A DNA stretch of 63,313 bases, the filler included, from Chiloscyllium plagiosum (lineage: Eukaryota), in the NCBI RefSeq assembly GCF_004010195.1. It is 6 parts of one record of this genome, joined end to end, with 100 filler letters (N's around TTAATTAATTAA, not from the genome) between each part and the next. Parts side by side here need not be neighbours in the genome. Positions count along the whole stretch, not along the records: positions 60,031 to 63,313 come from NC_057717.1; 5 more parts are not named here. The stretch is one strand, 5' to 3'. Position numbers and translations under genes: made by a program. Each line of letters opens with the position of its first letter. Positions within the stretch are counted from its first letter, which is position 1. The notes beneath the pieces were generated by a model, which saw only the letters and a program-made list of their open reading frames with translations, was not told where the DNA came from and searched no databases. Shown one piece after another: positions 63,120-63,313 of this stretch.

Positions 63120-63313
63120 TTTTTGCCTGGGATAATCCTCAGCAGAGGCCTCACTCTCATCCCCCTGCACTTTAATCAGTTCAACACGCGGCGAACCATC
63201 GAACAATTCTTCCAGCGCCTTCGCCTCCACGCCTACTTCTTCTACCAGGATTCTCGCCAACCCTCTAATGACCCCTTCTCTCGCCTCCAACACACCCCAT
63301 CCACTTGGACACC
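63120..63313 (+). mobile_element. Penelope-like ORF N-terminal fragment
   Basis: LSRGLTLIP..FNTRRTIEQFFQRLRLHAYFF..DPFSRLQHTPSTWT. Confidence 0.7.

Overview
Eukaryotic, repeat-dense vertebrate DNA, almost certainly from a cartilaginous fish. The shark inference rests on HE1-type SINEs with (AATCT)n tails, abundant CR1/HER1 LINEs and a GPR139-like receptor. The window is not one contig: five artificial 100-bp spacers (44 N + TTAATTAATTAA + 44 N) join six segments, and there are five further plain N gaps. Most sequence is decayed CR1, L1, Penelope-like (PLE) and Gmr1-type Gypsy retroelements, SINEs and a 34-bp satellite. Gene content is one intact GPR139-like GPCR main exon (minus, 58423-59330), several C2H2 zinc-finger pseudogenes, and two diverged unprocessed copies of a CEP350 exon block. 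The most notable observations are: (i) tiny, partly palindromic PLE insertions with ~14-bp TSDs and minimal hammerhead-ribozyme cores in two PLE families; (ii) a non-coding module present three times that keeps a kappaB-consensus site, plus an ETS-like palindrome, CCAAT box and splice donor in the two complete copies; (iii) segmental amplification of CEP350 exons beside ZNF-type promoters. I found no evidence that proves a wholly new system. All homologies are by-eye recognition, not database searches, and repeat boundaries are approximate.
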